64,000 bases of DNA from the NCBI GenBank assembly GCA_002633005.1, contig NMRA01000148.1:558001-622000 (forward strand). The letters are read 5' to 3'. Numbering within the stretch: position 1 is the stretch's first letter; the number at the start of each line of letters is the position of its first letter. Source of the stretch: Phoronis australis (lineage: Eukaryota > Animalia > Phoronida). The translations under genes and the position numbers were made by a program. The notes beneath the pieces were generated by a model, which worked only from the letters and a program-made list of their open reading frames with translations, ran no database searches and was not told the origin of the DNA. Below, in pieces: positions 63,213 through 64,000 of this stretch.

Positions 63213-63611
63213 GGGTCTGTTTCACAAAAGTGACTCACGACTTCAGACATCTGGTCTTAATCGCCCAATTCATAATTGATGAAATAATATTTAGAAAAGT
63301 AATTAGGTGCAGTGCATCACAACCTAGAAGTAACTTATAGAAATCGTCTCAAAAACTAGCAGTTATTTGTTATGCAGTATATCCGGAGACTGCACTATTA
63401 CTCAAGTGAGACTGCACTATTACTCAAGTGAGACTGCACTATTACTCAAGTGAGACTGCACTATTACTCAAGTGAGACTGCACTATTACTCAAGTGAGAT
63501 TTAATTACTTTTCAGAAATGGTGTGTGGAGAGTAAGACCAAATTTCTGACTTAAGTCAGAGACCGCTAACATCTTTGCTTATGTCTTGAGACAATTCTCA
63601 TGAAACAAACC
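63213..63611. mobile_element. MITE-like element carrying an internal minisatellite
   Basis: gggtctgtttcacaaaa ... ctcatgaaacaaacc forms imperfect TIRs. The inner segment caaatttctgacttaa is shared with 56245-56260. Confidence 0.5.
63386..63499. repeat. 22-bp perfect tandem repeat, 5 copies
   Basis: gagactgcactattactcaagt starts at 63386, 63408, 63430, 63452 and 63474. Confidence 0.95.
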
Positions 63612-64000
63612 TCACGAAGCTTCTTTAAACAAACTTATCCAAGACTTGAAATTCACTCGTTGGCACCAATGAAGAGTCATTCACCTTCACGTGGGCATTT
63701 ATGGGATAAAGGCCCCTCTCATGTGACCAACTGAATGTGCGCTTGCATTCACACAAGTGAACTGTGGATTCCGAATACCGCCACCTTATAAATTTCCATC
63801 TTATTGCACAAAGTCCAAATATGACAAACTCAACGGAATAAAATGAGTGAATAATGTTTACCATTTCACAAAATGTAATCTTAGACTCCATTTTAATCAC
63901 AACCTTAAAATTGCATCATAAAATTACAAATGTGATGATAGGACTCAATGAAAATTATTTCATCTAGGTGACAAAAGAGGGCATGGTTCTCAAAAGACCA

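Noticed and set aside
63386-63499. CRISPR-like array
   Set aside because: The units are contiguous with no spacers, the context is eukaryotic and there are no cas genes. The same applies to 24837-24945.

Overview
AT-rich, intron-rich animal genomic DNA. The repeat content suggests a marine invertebrate such as a lophotrochozoan, but that is inference. It is a draft assembly with one N-run (43836-44047) and several single-N joins. Reading across GT-AG introns gives six protein-coding genes on strictly alternating strands: 3' part of nemo-like kinase NLK (+), pseudophosphatase STYXL1/MK-STYX (-), diphosphomevalonate decarboxylase MVD (+), PRMT7 (-), ESCRT-III factor IST1 (+), and an unnamed 170-aa single-TM Sel1-like-repeat protein (-). 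The most notable non-genic signal is a family of miniature LTR retrotransposons (TRIMs) whose LTRs carry a tRNA-derived Pol III promoter. One young, complete copy at 18252-18788 has a tRNA-Ser PBS and a PPT, and four older relatives lie in the first introns of MVD and PRMT7. Also present are a decayed THAP/Kolobok-type transposon, a Gypsy LTR/PBS/gag stub, Helentron-like (HINE) arrays, SINE heads, MITEs and minisatellites. Two tandem duplications joined at single Ns are probably uncollapsed haplotypes. One of them shows a TGA/TCA difference that changes the MVD C-terminus from ...LPK* to ...LPKSSSSL*. All gene models were assembled by eye and no database search was run.
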